The position numbers and the translations under genes were made by a program. A stretch of DNA of 64,000 nt from an uncultured Planctomycetota bacterium (GTDB lineage: Bacteria; Planctomycetota; Planctomycetia; Pirellulales; Lacipirellulaceae). The notes under the pieces were generated by a model. That model saw nothing but the letters and a program-made list of their open reading frames with translations. It searched no databases and was not told where the DNA came from. Positions 1 to 10,151 of this stretch are shown one piece after another; positions within the stretch are counted from its first letter, which is position 1, and every line of letters starts with the position of its first letter. The stretch lies in assembly GCA_963719315.1 (NCBI GenBank), contig CAVRBU010000002.1, positions 1,632,001 to 1,696,000 of the forward strand, in the 5' to 3' direction.

Positions 1-565
1 AGATGCGCGACATTTCGGCCGTCGTCTCCTCGGTGCGGCCCTCTTGGGCCAACTCGATGGCAGTCTCGCCGTTTTCACGAACGTCGCCCGTCGCGGTGAT
101 GAACTCGGCCGCAAGCTTGTCCCACGATTGGTTCTCGTTGAACTTGTCGGTCAACGTCACCACAAGCGGATTGGCGACGATCGACGCACGGTCTTCGAGC
201 TTGCGCGAGAGAATCACATCACGCCAATAGCGGGCCCAGTTCTGGCCGTACTGCGGATTGGCGAGTAGTTCACGAACCACGCGCTCCCGCTTGTCTTTTG
301 CGGGGTCGAGCAAGAACGCGGTGACGTGCTCGGGCGTCGGGATGTCGCCCACGATATCGAGCCACACGCGGCGTAGGAATGTGGCATCATCAACTCGCGG
401 CGCAAGCTGCGTATCCGGTTTGAAAACTTCTTCCGCCAATAGCCGATCGACTTCGCGGGCCGTCTCCTCGGCGGCTGGCTTAGCTAACAGACGGCTCGGG
501 GCCAGGCCGCCCGCGATCAACGCCAGTGCCCAACACAAGGACTTTCTCGCCGGGGGAAGAATCAT
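1..565 (-). CDS. DUF1549 (PSCyt2/PSD1-type) planctomycete protein, 5' part only (runs off the window)
   Basis: Manual translation from ATG at 565: MILPPARKSLCWALALIAGG...RVDDATFLRRVWLDIVGDIPTPE...YGQNWARYWRDVI. The DxxFLRRxxLDxxGxxPT and YGxxWAxxWxD motifs are typical of DUF1549; signal peptide present. Confidence 0.85.
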   Translation of the reverse strand, partial: MILPPARKSLCWALALIAGGLAPSRLLAKPAAEETAREVDRLLAEEVFKPDTQLAPRVDDATFLRRVWLDIVGDIPTPEHVTAFLLDPAKDKRERVVRELLANPQYGQNWARYWRDVILSRKLEDRASIVANPLVVTLTDKFNENQSWDKLAAEFITATGDVRENGETAIELAQEGRTEETTAEMSRI

Positions 566-604
566 CGCGTCACCCCTCCGATTTGATATAATACGGAAAC
601 AACT

Positions 605-628
605 GGGGCAGACATTCCTGTCTGCTTC
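605..628. repeat. REP-like palindrome
   Basis: GGGGCAGACATTCCTGTCTGCTTC hairpin between divergent genes. Confidence 0.5.
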
Positions 629-733
629 ACAGTATGAAGCCGCACATGGCTCGTGCGCCCGATATTGTACCTAAACCCCGGCAGAGCGGTGTAGTTCCGC
701 CGCAGCTTTCCGGGCCGAAATTCGAGAATCCGC

Positions 734-1141
734 ATGATTCGCATCGCCAAATCGAATGGTGTCGTCCGCCTGCCGAAGGCCAAAAACGTGCTCGGCGGAA
801 AGTTGGCTATTTGCTGCACGTCGCCCATGACCGGCTTTTTCCGCGACGGCTGCTGCAACACAGGGCCAGAGGATGTCGGCTCCCATACCGTGTGCGTCGT
901 GTTGACGGCCGAGTTCCTGGCGTTCTCCAAAGCTGCCGGCAACGATCTTTCGACCCCCAACCTGCAATGGGGCTTTCCCGGCTTGCAGCCTGGCGACCGC
1001 TGGTGCCTCTGCGCCCCGCGGTGGCAGGAAGCGCTCGACGCCGGCCACGCGCCGAAGGTGGTGCTCGCCGCCACGCATGAAGGAGCGCTCGCGTATTGTG
1101 ACTTGGAAGACTTAAAGGCGCACGCGATTGACGACCAATGA
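734..1141 (+). CDS. DUF2237 family protein (start uncertain)
   Basis: NVLGG-L--C---PMTGFFRDGCC-TG-ED-GSHTVC...GNDLSTP...FPGL-PGDRWCLCA-RW motifs. Confidence 0.9.
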   Translation: MIRIAKSNGVVRLPKAKNVLGGKLAICCTSPMTGFFRDGCCNTGPEDVGSHTVCVVLTAEFLAFSKAAGNDLSTPNLQWGFPGLQPGDRWCLCAPRWQEALDAGHAPKVVLAATHEGALAYCDLEDLKAHAIDDQ

Positions 1142-1194
1142 TCCGGCCATCTTGTCCGGGAATGCCGCCTCCGACAATGAATGGGGCGGCTACA

Positions 1195-3267
1195 TTAGTG
1201 CACGCGTTGCCCCGGTACCGCGCCGGAATCGACGGTGATCACGAACACTTCGCTGCCGCCAGGGCCAGCCGCTGTCACCATGCCTTCACTTGTGCCGAAT
1301 TTCATCTTCCGCGGCGCGAGATTCGCAACGCAGACAACGAGTTTGCCGACTAACTCCTCCGGCTTGTACGCCTCCTTGATACCGGCGAATACGTTTTTGG
1401 TCGTGCCGCCGCCCAGGCTGAGCGTGAGCTTCAGTAACTTTTTCGCTTCGGGCACGTCTTCGGCAGCGATGACGCGGGCGACTCGCAAATCGACTTTGGC
1501 AAAGTCGTCTATGGTGCATTCGGGGGCAAGCGGCTCGGCGGCGAGAGCGTCGCCCGCGTCGGGCCATTGGGGAGGGTCGCCTGTGCTCACGGTCGCTGAA
1601 GCGACCGCGCCGTTAGCGGGTTTGCTGTCCTCGATCATGGCGTGTACGTCCTTTTCTTCCACGCGGCGAAGCATGTGCGTGAACTTGTTAACAGGGGTGC
1701 CGACGAGCGGCGTTTGCGCTTGGTCCCAGTGCTTGATTGGATCGTTCAGGAGTTCGCCAGTTTGCTTTGCCAGCCGCGGCAAGACGGGCGACAAGTATAT
1801 CACGATTTGGCGAAACAAATTGAGCGCAACCGTGCAGACGTCCTGCAACTCGCGAGCCCGCGCTGGGTCTTTGCGTAAGTCCCACGGTTTCCGCTCCTCT
1901 ACATATGGGTTTGCTCGATCGGCGAGGCCCATGATCGATTTCATGGCCTTGCTGTAGTCGGTCGCTTCGTACGCTTCGCGAATATCGGCTCCTGCCGTGG
2001 CGGCCGCGGCGAACAGGCCACCATCGTCCGGATACTTCGCCGATAAACCGGTTGATTCGACAAACTTCGCCGTCCGGCTGGCGAGGTTAACCACTTTGTT
2101 CACCAGGTCGGCGTTCACCTTGGCGACAAACTCGTCGGCCGACAAATCAAAATCCTCCACGCGCGACGAAAGCTTCGCGGCGTAAAAATATCGGAGGAAG
2201 CTGGGGTCAAGGTGCTTGAGATAGGTCCGGGCGGCAACGAATGTGCCTTTGCTTTTCGACATTTTCTCGCCGCCAACCGTCAGAAAGCCGTGTACGTGAA
2301 TTTTCGCCGGCAAATTGTAGCCGGCCGTCTTGAGCATGCCGGGCCAGAACAGCGTGTGGAAATAGGTGATGTCCTTGCCGATGAAGTGGTGAATTTCACA
2401 ATCGGGCGACCGCCACCAATCGTCGAAACGCTCGCCGGAGCGGTCGCACCACTGCTTGGTTGAGGCCATGTAGCCGATCGGCGCGTCGAACCACACGTAC
2501 CAATAGTTGCCGGGGTGGTCCGGTATTTCGAAGCCGAAGTAGGGGGCCGGCCGGGAGATGTCCCAGTCGCGCAGCGGCTCGCCCAAAAAATGCCCCTTCA
2601 AGTAATTGGCGATCTCGGGCTGCAAGTGTTCGCCCGATTGCGTCCAAGCCTCCAGAAATGTGTGCAGCTTCTCCAGCTCAATAAACAAGTGGGGCGACTT
2701 GCGGATTTCGGGCGTCGCGCCGCTGAGCGTGCTGCGTGGATCGATCAATTCGCTGGGGCTGTAGTGGTCCCCGCACTTGCTACAATTGTCACCGGGTTGA
2801 TCGGGCGTCTTGCACTTGGGACACGTGCCACGCACGAACCGGTCGGCGAGGAATGTACCGGCCTGCGGATCGAAAAGCTGCTCGACGTCACGCTCCTTCA
2901 CGAGCCCCGCCTTGCGGATCGATCGCCAAAATTCTTCGCATAGGACGCGGTTTTCGGGACTGTGCGTGCTGCCGAAATTGGCGAACTCGATATCGAAGCC
3001 GGCCAGGTCCAATTCGTGGGCCGCCTGAACCTCGGCGATCAGGTCCTCCTCGCTACGGCCTTCTTGCCGGGCGCGGATCATCGTTGCCGTGCCATGCGTG
3101 TCATCGGCGCACACATACACGCAGCGGTTGCCCAGCAATCGTTGGAAGCGGGCCCAGATATCGGTCTGAATCGCCTCCAGCAAGTACCCAATGTGAATAT
3201 GGGCATTCACGTAAGGCAGGGCAGAAGTGACAAGAATCCGGCGCACAGCGACAAGCCTCATAAACAA
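1195..3267 (-). CDS. metG: Methionine--tRNA ligase with C-terminal tRNA-binding domain
   Basis: [12 protein letters not shown] (HIGH-like), Zn knuckle CPKC..CSKC, KMSKS, C-terminal [11 protein letters not shown]...[14 protein letters not shown]. Confidence 0.97.
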   Translation of the reverse strand: MFMRLVAVRRILVTSALPYVNAHIHIGYLLEAIQTDIWARFQRLLGNRCVYVCADDTHGTATMIRARQEGRSEEDLIAEVQAAHELDLAGFDIEFANFGSTHSPENRVLCEEFWRSIRKAGLVKERDVEQLFDPQAGTFLADRFVRGTCPKCKTPDQPGDNCSKCGDHYSPSELIDPRSTLSGATPEIRKSPHLFIELEKLHTFLEAWTQSGEHLQPEIANYLKGHFLGEPLRDWDISRPAPYFGFEIPDHPGNYWYVWFDAPIGYMASTKQWCDRSGERFDDWWRSPDCEIHHFIGKDITYFHTLFWPGMLKTAGYNLPAKIHVHGFLTVGGEKMSKSKGTFVAARTYLKHLDPSFLRYFYAAKLSSRVEDFDLSADEFVAKVNADLVNKVVNLASRTAKFVESTGLSAKYPDDGGLFAAAATAGADIREAYEATDYSKAMKSIMGLADRANPYVEERKPWDLRKDPARARELQDVCTVALNLFRQIVIYLSPVLPRLAKQTGELLNDPIKHWDQAQTPLVGTPVNKFTHMLRRVEEKDVHAMIEDSKPANGAVASATVSTGDPPQWPDAGDALAAEPLAPECTIDDFAKVDLRVARVIAAEDVPEAKKLLKLTLSLGGGTTKNVFAGIKEAYKPEELVGKLVVCVANLAPRKMKFGTSEGMVTAAGPGGSEVFVITVDSGAVPGQRVH

Positions 3268-3640
3268 CGAATTTCACGGGCTTTGGCGTCGGCCACGAGG
3301 CCGAATTAACCGCTAGCACCGCCGCCCGTCCGGCCCGCGGCCGCGTCATTGTAGCCCCCTTCCCCACTCTTCGGGAGTGCGGTCGCCAGTTGCTCGGCCA
3401 AGCTGACCTTGTACGTTTTTCGCAAGTCGAGGACATTCCCGCCCCTGGAGTCGGATCGCCCGTATCGAGTCCGACGCCAATCCACACCCAATGGTTCGCT
3501 CTGCACGTTCGGCCTGCCTTCGCAACCAAGTATTGTCTGCTCCCCGCGATCAGCAGGATGCTGATCAACACACGGTAGACAGATTCGCGATCCGCAGGCC
3601 TGCGTGATGCCCTTGCGGCGACCCGCGTCGCAACGATGGC

Positions 3641-5188
3641 ATGCCGACCACCAATCCAAGGAGGGAACGGATGGTCCGATTCGCGGCAGCGGCATTTGCG
3701 CTCGCGGTTTCGTCGCTAGGTCTATCGGCCTGCGGCGCCGAAATTCTCTTACTGGATTTCTGGTCGCCTCAGTGCGGTCCGTGCATGCAAATGAAGCCCA
3801 CGGTCCACAGCCTGGAGCAGGCGAAATATCCGATTCAAGAGGTCGATACGACACGCGATTCCGAAACGTCGCGACGGTTCGGTGTGAGCCAGATTCCGTG
3901 TTTCGTGATGCTAGTCGATGGCCAAGAGATAGACCGCGAGATCGGTGCGACGAGCAGCGAGCGACTGCAGCAGATGTTCGAGAAGGCCAAGGATGTGGTG
4001 GTGCAGAAGCACCGTCAGCAACATCCGGAGCAACAGCCGCCAGGACAGATCCGATTTCAAAATGAAGACGATCGACAGGCAACCCGCGGTTCGGCCGGAA
4101 TGCCGGCCCCGAGCCATGTCAGTTCACCAGCGCAGGCTCCCTCGAATTCAGTCGCTCCTAGCAGCACGCGGCCACAACCCGCCGAGAGCACGGGCGTCTA
4201 TTCAGGACCAGCACAACCAAGGGCAACTGCCGGCGCGGACGGTGATTTTCCGCAGAGTCTCGTCGCTGCGACCGTGCGTATTCGCGTGGAAGACGCTCAA
4301 GGCCGCTCCTTCGGCACTGGTACGATAATCGATTCACGGAGCGGCGAAGCCTTGATCGTTACATGTGGCCACTTGTTCCGTGAGTCCAAGGGTAAGGGGC
4401 CAATGATGGTCGAGTTGTTCGATGTGAGCGGAGGCAGCCCACGTGTTGCTGAGCAGGTGCCCGGGCAACTTATCAGCTATGACTTGGATCGCGACGTGGC
4501 GTTCGTCAGCATTCGCCCGACTCGGCCGGTGAGCGTTGCGCCAGTAGCGCCGCCGCGGACACCTATCCTAAAGGGCGACCGCGTCGCCACGATCGGCTGC
4601 AGCAACGGCAATGATCCCACGCTTTTGCCGCAGCGGATCAACATGCTCGACCGTTACCAGGGACCGGCCAATATCGAAGTCAGCGGTGCGCCGGAAGAAG
4701 GGCGCAGCGGCGGCGGACTGTTCAATCTGCAGGGGCAACTGATCGGAGTCTGCTACGCGGCCGACTACGAGGGCAGAGAAGGCCTATACGCGGCGCTCGA
4801 TTCAATTCACGCAGAACTCAACCGGCTCGGACTTAAGGACGTGTACGCGAAAGCCGAGGCCGTCGATCCGCGAGGGGCGAGCCAGCCGATGGTCGTGCGT
4901 GGTCAGGAACTGTCCACGCAATTGGCACCAATCACGCCCATCGCCGATTCAACGCCCCGCCCTGTGGCCGACGCGGCGGGTGCTCTTCCGCAAAAGCTGA
5001 ACGAAACGGAACAGGCTGCGTTCAGCGAAATCATGCAGCGGGCAGCGACAGCGGAAGTGGTCGTGATCGTGCGGCCCAAAGCGCCTGGCGGCCAGAGCGA
5101 AGTGATCCAGTTGGATAATGTGTCGCCTGATTTCATTCGCGCCCTGGAAGCTCAGCGCCGCAGCCCACAATCGCCGGCGACCCGCTAA
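3641..5188 (+). CDS. Secreted thioredoxin-domain / trypsin-like serine protease fusion
   Basis: Signal peptide, LLDFWSPQCGPC thioredoxin motif, Q/P-rich linker, protease triad motifs TCGHL, DVAF, GRSGGGLF. Confidence 0.85.
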   Translation: MPTTNPRRERMVRFAAAAFALAVSSLGLSACGAEILLLDFWSPQCGPCMQMKPTVHSLEQAKYPIQEVDTTRDSETSRRFGVSQIPCFVMLVDGQEIDREIGATSSERLQQMFEKAKDVVVQKHRQQHPEQQPPGQIRFQNEDDRQATRGSAGMPAPSHVSSPAQAPSNSVAPSSTRPQPAESTGVYSGPAQPRATAGADGDFPQSLVAATVRIRVEDAQGRSFGTGTIIDSRSGEALIVTCGHLFRESKGKGPMMVELFDVSGGSPRVAEQVPGQLISYDLDRDVAFVSIRPTRPVSVAPVAPPRTPILKGDRVATIGCSNGNDPTLLPQRINMLDRYQGPANIEVSGAPEEGRSGGGLFNLQGQLIGVCYAADYEGREGLYAALDSIHAELNRLGLKDVYAKAEAVDPRGASQPMVVRGQELSTQLAPITPIADSTPRPVADAAGALPQKLNETEQAAFSEIMQRAATAEVVVIVRPKAPGGQSEVIQLDNVSPDFIRALEAQRRSPQSPATR

Positions 5189-5485
5189 ATCCGGGACGCC
5201 GCTTCGCCTGGCACTCTTGCCGGCAAAACCGTCACAGTCGTTATCAATCGCGCGACGGCGGTGGCGGTCAAAAAGTGTGACGTAAGTTTGAACGTTGCTC
5301 TCAAGTGTTTACGCCTCTGGCGAGTATCTCATGGTTTGGTACGTCGCAGTCATTGCGGTTTTGAATCTTGGTCTGGGATACGCGCTGGCACTTTACATGG
5401 AGCGCGGGCGCAGAGCCGCGTGCGCGAGTGCCATGCTGGATGCAGACGACGCATAAACCGAGCGGCATCGCTTTCGGCACAACTT

Positions 5486-5956
5486 CTACTTGCCGGCCGC
5501 CACTTCGAAAATCGCTTCGATCTCAACAGCCCAGCCGGCCGGCAACGACGCCACGCCCATCGCGCTGCGAGCGCCGACGCCATTTTCTGAACCAAAGATG
5601 TCGCGCATCAATTCGCTGAAACCGTTGACGACGGCCGGGTGATCTTTGAAATCGGGCGTGGCATTGACGAATCCGGTCGTCTTTACAAGGCGTTTGACTG
5701 CATACAGGCTGCCGAAATGCTGGCGCATCGTTGCCAGCATGTTCAGCGCGGTGCGGCGGGCGGCTTCGTAGCCGGCTTCCTTTTGCAGCGTCTCACCCAG
5801 GCGGCCACAGGTTGCGGTGCCGTCGGCGCCGACCGGACCGTGGCCAGAGAGGTACGCCAGCCCATTCAACACAAGCACTGGCTTGTACATGCCCAACGAT
5901 TTCGGGCCGGGCGGGAGTTCGACGTTGAGTTCGGTTAGGCGCTCTTCGGGGCTCAT
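5486..5956 (-). CDS. RidA/YjgF family protein
   Basis: YLSGHGP, GFVNA.PDF..HPAVVNGFSEL, GARSAMGVASLP...VEIE. Confidence 0.92.
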   Translation of the reverse strand: MSPEERLTELNVELPPGPKSLGMYKPVLVLNGLAYLSGHGPVGADGTATCGRLGETLQKEAGYEAARRTALNMLATMRQHFGSLYAVKRLVKTTGFVNATPDFKDHPAVVNGFSELMRDIFGSENGVGARSAMGVASLPAGWAVEIEAIFEVAAGK

Positions 5957-5972
5957 GCTTATTTCCTAGGAG

Positions 5973-6000
5973 AGTACGCCGTACCAAGTACGGAGTACAG
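5973..6000. repeat. Degenerate 7-bp tandem repeat (AGTACxx)
   Basis: agtacgc cgtacca agtacgg agtacag between hisI and the RidA gene. Confidence 0.55.
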
Positions 6001-6025
6001 AGACTTCAATTCGGATCCTGTTTCT

Positions 6026-6424
6026 TTAATCAATTCGTTTGTACACGTCTTTTGGATCAAACACGCGGTCGGCGACGATCTTCACGCTGTCTGAAGTGAC
6101 TTGCCGGAAGAAGCAGGAGGCGTAACCTTCGTGGCAGGCCGCGCCGCCGATCTGCTCGACTTTGAGCAGCACGGTGTCGGCGTCGCAATCGACGTAAATC
6201 GCTTGCACGTTCTGTACGTTCCCGCTTTCTTCGCCTTTGCGCCACAGCCTTTGGCGGGCCCGGCTGAAATAGACGGCCTGGCCGCTCGCGAGCGTTTCGT
6301 CCCACGCCTCGCGATTCATGTGTGCGACCATCAGCACTTGGCCCGTCGTCGCGTCCTGGGCGACGGCGGTGACCAGGCCGTCAGATGCTGAAAATGCCGG
6401 CGTGATGCTCGATTTCTGGCTCAT
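6026..6424 (-). CDS. hisI: Phosphoribosyl-AMP cyclohydrolase
   Basis: [31 protein letters not shown]. Confidence 0.96.
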   Translation of the reverse strand: MSQKSSITPAFSASDGLVTAVAQDATTGQVLMVAHMNREAWDETLASGQAVYFSRARQRLWRKGEESGNVQNVQAIYVDCDADTVLLKVEQIGGAACHEGYASCFFRQVTSDSVKIVADRVFDPKDVYKRID

Positions 6425-6672
6425 GTTGGGGGCCTGCTGACCCCGTCAGCATATCGCGTGCTCAGCGGACTGGCCAGTCGCCGCACGCGTGCAAACGGCA
6501 TATCCGCCACAATCGTTGCCGCGCGATTGGATGGTTTCCATTGCACCGTTCGCGCAACGGTTGTCTTTTGCGTAAAGCTGAAGTGTCGCGGCGAGTTGGA
6601 CGATGGTGGTAAGGACGGATCGCAAGTGGCGCAGGAGGCACGCTCGCATACTCCTTCGTTTTCGGAGACAGC

Positions 6673-7320
6673 GTGTTCAATAAGTCCTTGACCGTCGTGC
6701 TGCCCGTTTACAATGGTGAAACGCGGCTGCGTAGCAGCGTGAACGAAATCCTCGAGCTGGCCAGCGAGCTGACGACTAAGTTCGGCGTGCTGATCATCGA
6801 CGACGGCTCGAACGACGCCACTTACGAAGTGGCCGAGGAACTGGCTGCGCACTTTCCGCAAGTCAGCGTCCGCAGGCACCGCCATCGCCGCGGGCTGGGC
6901 TCGGCGATCGACTACGCGCAACGTCGGGTCCGTTCGGACGCCGTGATCGTACACGACGGCGTGACGCCAATCGACGCCGGCGAGATCCTCAGCTTGTGGC
7001 GTCATTGGGCTGCCCAAACGCCGTCGAGCATGAACGAGACAGGCGACCCCGCCGCGATGCAGGGCCAAATGAGCGACCTCGCCAACTTGCCAGCGATTCA
7101 TGCGGCGATGGAGCGGGCCCATGGCCGACTGATCGGTTTTCAAATGGTCGCCCCGCTGCCGTTCGACGAAGCGTTCGCCGAGTATGACCCCTCGATGGCC
7201 ATGACCACGCTGCGAAAAGATTCGCCCCGCAACGCCCGCAAGCCAGGCGTGGGGCAAATTCCGACGATGCCGCGGCCGAAGTTTTTGACGGCTCTGGCGA
7301 ATTTCGCGCTGGGTGAATGA
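6673..7320 (+). CDS. Glycosyltransferase family 2-like protein (short, degenerate)
   Basis: LTVVLPVYNGE, IIDDGSND.T N-terminal GT-A motifs; no clear DxD (IVHDG). Confidence 0.7.
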   Translation: MFNKSLTVVLPVYNGETRLRSSVNEILELASELTTKFGVLIIDDGSNDATYEVAEELAAHFPQVSVRRHRHRRGLGSAIDYAQRRVRSDAVIVHDGVTPIDAGEILSLWRHWAAQTPSSMNETGDPAAMQGQMSDLANLPAIHAAMERAHGRLIGFQMVAPLPFDEAFAEYDPSMAMTTLRKDSPRNARKPGVGQIPTMPRPKFLTALANFALGE

Positions 7321-7357
7321 CATTGAGCGGTGACTGTTCGAGGTTCCCTTTCTAGTC

Positions 7358-7424
7358 GTGTGCCACTGGCTCTGCCAGTACCGCTTCGACATTTGCTGAA
7401 TCACCGGCATAGCCAGTGGCACCC
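7358..7424. repeat. REP-like inverted doublet (GGGTG-capped family)
   Basis: GTGCCACTGGCTCTGCCAGT ... ACCGGCATAGCCAGTGGCACCC between convergent genes. Confidence 0.75.
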
Positions 7425-7434
7425 AATTCAGTCT

Positions 7435-8976
7435 TCAAGCTTTGAGTGCCGCGCGTGTCCGTTCGACGAGCTTGTTGTCGCGGTCATGCGAGCTGCGGAG
7501 CTTGAAGATATTCGTCGCCAGGTACGTGTCGCGCCATTCGGGCGACACGTGGTAATAATCCTCCAGCACGGCCGAGCTGAATTTGTAATCGTGGGCGTCA
7601 TTCCCTTTGAGGAACACCAGCACCCGTGCCGCGTCCATGAAGTCTCGCGCCGGAACGGTATCGGCCGGAGGTTGCTTCAAGTAGCCCAGCAAATTGCGGG
7701 CGGCCGACATGGGGTCTTTTCCCAGGTCGGCCAGGATTTGATCGATCGGCTTGTCTCCCGGCTTTTCCTCTGTCGACGATAATTGATCGATCGTAATATC
7801 GTTCACGCCGCCGCGACGTTTCATGGCTTCGCGAAACAGTGTGACAAAGGCCGCATTTTGCAGGAGCAGCAGCCGGCGCGTTTCGTCGTTGTCGCTGGTC
7901 TGGTAGGCGTAGTGCAGGGCGTTCGTGGACGTGACCGCGTGAATCGCAACGATGCCGGGCTGCCGCATGAGCAATTCGCCCGAGGCGACGTGCAGGGCGT
8001 CCCAAATCGATTGCGGAGCGGCGCCGGCAGCTAACAACTTGACGGCCTGTTCGCATGCGTCGTCGTCGGACGCCATGCGGAGCGCGTGCAGCATGTCGGT
8101 CGTCGCGGACTTATCGAGTTTGCCTTCTTGCCAATTGGGGCAGATTTTCTGGGCCAGCTCTTGATTGCGGCGAAAAGGGCGGTCGGCGGCATCGTCGCGC
8201 TTGGCTGGGTTGTCGCCTTGATGGGCGAGAAGGGCATAGGCAAGCGAACGCAAGACCGGCTCGGCGTGTTGCCAGCCGATGCACTGAAGCGTGCGGAAAC
8301 TGTTGGCCACGTAAATTGCCTTGTGGCCGATGTCGCGGAAATCGCGCATGCCGTAACGGAAGAAGAGTTCGTACGTTTCGTTAATGCCGGCGGTGTGGGC
8401 GAGGCCGGCGACCGCGACGTCGGCTGCCTGTTCGTCCCAATTGTCCATCGCCTCGACGAACGCAGCTTTCGCCTTATGCGCAGGCGGTACGGCAGATTCG
8501 TTCACCGCGCTCATCGTCCAGTCACCGCGTTCTTTCACATCCTGGGCCTCGGCTCCCTTGTAATAGTCGAGAGCCCAAAAGATGGGCAGCCAACGGTGCT
8601 CCGCCGGCGAAGCCAGGCTGGCCAAGTGGGCGGCATTGACCACGAGCACCGTGTGAAACTTGAAGCCGACACTCGGCCGCGGCTCAACGTTTTTGACGCC
8701 GGCCAACAGCAACGCGGCCAGCAGTTCACGATAACTCAGCCCCTTGTGAATGCGATCGGCGACTTCTTCCAGCAGTCGATCGCGCGGCGTTTTTTCGATG
8801 AGAGCCACGAGCGGCTCGATCTCGGGTTGCAGCCGCACGATTTTCGGTTCGAGCTTCGCCTCGGCCGCCGAGACGGGGCTGAGGCGCGAGTGGAAACCGA
8901 GGTCGCCAAGGGCGAGCATCGCGCCGGTGGTGGCCGTCGACTTCAACAGATTTCTACGGGTGAGTTTGTCGAACAT
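7435..8976 (-). CDS. Tat-exported hypothetical helical protein
   Basis: TRRNLLK twin-arginine signal; 513 aa; repeated His motifs (FHTVL, GHKAIY, IHAVTSTNALH, HDYK). Confidence 0.8.
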   Translation of the reverse strand: MFDKLTRRNLLKSTATTGAMLALGDLGFHSRLSPVSAAEAKLEPKIVRLQPEIEPLVALIEKTPRDRLLEEVADRIHKGLSYRELLAALLLAGVKNVEPRPSVGFKFHTVLVVNAAHLASLASPAEHRWLPIFWALDYYKGAEAQDVKERGDWTMSAVNESAVPPAHKAKAAFVEAMDNWDEQAADVAVAGLAHTAGINETYELFFRYGMRDFRDIGHKAIYVANSFRTLQCIGWQHAEPVLRSLAYALLAHQGDNPAKRDDAADRPFRRNQELAQKICPNWQEGKLDKSATTDMLHALRMASDDDACEQAVKLLAAGAAPQSIWDALHVASGELLMRQPGIVAIHAVTSTNALHYAYQTSDNDETRRLLLLQNAAFVTLFREAMKRRGGVNDITIDQLSSTEEKPGDKPIDQILADLGKDPMSAARNLLGYLKQPPADTVPARDFMDAARVLVFLKGNDAHDYKFSSAVLEDYYHVSPEWRDTYLATNIFKLRSSHDRDNKLVERTRAALKA

Positions 8977-9153
8977 GGTACGGGTCTCCGCCTTGCCACT
9001 CGGTCCGAAACCCCTCAATCGTCGTTATATCACAGTCGCGGAAGTGGAGGCTGCGGCGGAACGTCGCGGCGGGATTGGAATTGCGTTTGTTGTGATCGAA
9101 AGTGAGTGCGAAACGATTTGCGAAATGCCCGAGAATTCCAGTGCGGCCGAGGC

Positions 9154-9370
9154 GTTTTGCGCTTGCGTGGCTGGCGCGTTGGATTCACAACCTGTTGCGG
9201 CACAACGGGTTGAATTTTGCTCGCGACGTGAGATATTTTTTTTCGCGTGCAAAAGTCCCGAGTATTGCGCGCCCGGCGGGCGAGCAGAGACTGCAAGTCC
9301 CGAGGCGTTGCGGATCGATCGCGGTGCAAAAGTCGCCGAGTTTGCTTCCATAGTTGCACGTTCCTGGCAC
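9154..9370. other. Conserved non-coding element, copy 1
   Basis: Colinear blocks shared with 43398-43612 (GTTTTGCGC, TTTTGCTC, GCGTGCAAAAGTCC, TATTGCGCG, CTGxAAxTCC, GTGCAA, CGAGTTTGCT, CGTTC-CTGGCA). Confidence 0.85.
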
Positions 9371-9378
9371 GGTTTGTT

Positions 9379-9468
9379 ACCACGGATGACCGGATGGGCA
9401 CAGATGCTTGTGCGGGCGCCTCAAGAGAAATGCTCTTCTAAATCCGCGCTATTCGGTATTCCGTGGTT
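9379..9468. repeat. Inverted pair of ~9-bp-period repeats (CACGGAT type)
   Basis: accacggatgaccggatgggcacagat ... atccgcgctattcggtattccgtggtt; same family at 45150-45226. Confidence 0.7.
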
Positions 9469-9715
9469 CACGGTTCGGACATCGACGTTAGCACAGTGCG
9501 CGGCCAAAAGCGATGGAAAAATTTTGGGGAGAGCGTGGCACAAAAACTGGGGCTTGACGATTAGGACGAAGAGTCTCTCGCAGAGGCGTAGGGGACGCGG
9601 AGGCAATGCAAGATTTCCTTTTCCACGCCAAAAAATTGACGTGCGTCGTCAAGACATTTATCTTTGCAACAAAGGATTAGCCCCATGGAAGCAATCAATA
9701 ATAATCAAAGTGAAA

Positions 9716-9848
9716 ACCGCCAAGAACGCCAAGTCTTCATTTATTACGATTGAAAAGCTATAGACTGCCGGAACAGATTTTCACATAAAACTGCATGCCA
9801 AGTTGATTTCTGTCGGTTTTCCTTGGCGTTCTTGGCGATCTTGGCAGC
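9716..9848. repeat. Inverted pair of 9-bp-period repeats (CGCCAAGAA type)
   Basis: accgccaagaacgccaag ... cttggcgttcttggcgatcttggc. Confidence 0.75.
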
Positions 9849-10151
9849 GGAGACTGGCAGGAGATTCGCGACGAAGTTCGGCAACGCTTCGAGTCTAGTG
9901 AATGGACAATCCTGAGCCGTTGACCCCAAGTATTCTTGAAGCAGCAGGAATGAACGGAATTCCAACTCATCCGACGGTCGGCAGACTCCGCTTGGACGCA
10001 GCATCGGCTTTCTGCATGAGCACGCTCGACGCACCGTTCAGGCCAACCGGCGGGTGCAGCCCCGGATTTTTGGATGCACAGGTCGGTTCGACCTGCGTCT
10101 TTTAAGAAGTCTCCCAAGGAAGACGGCGGCCGTGGTTCTTAGGTTACAGAA

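Noticed and set aside
9364..9380. Sigma54 promoter at TGGCACGG in the conserved element
   Set aside because: No GC at the required 10-nt spacing in either copy.
8750..9763. 337-aa plus-strand ORF and small ORFs across the conserved element
   Set aside because: Overlaps a real gene antisense, has no family motifs, and the homologous frame of the small minus-strand ORF has stops in copy 2.
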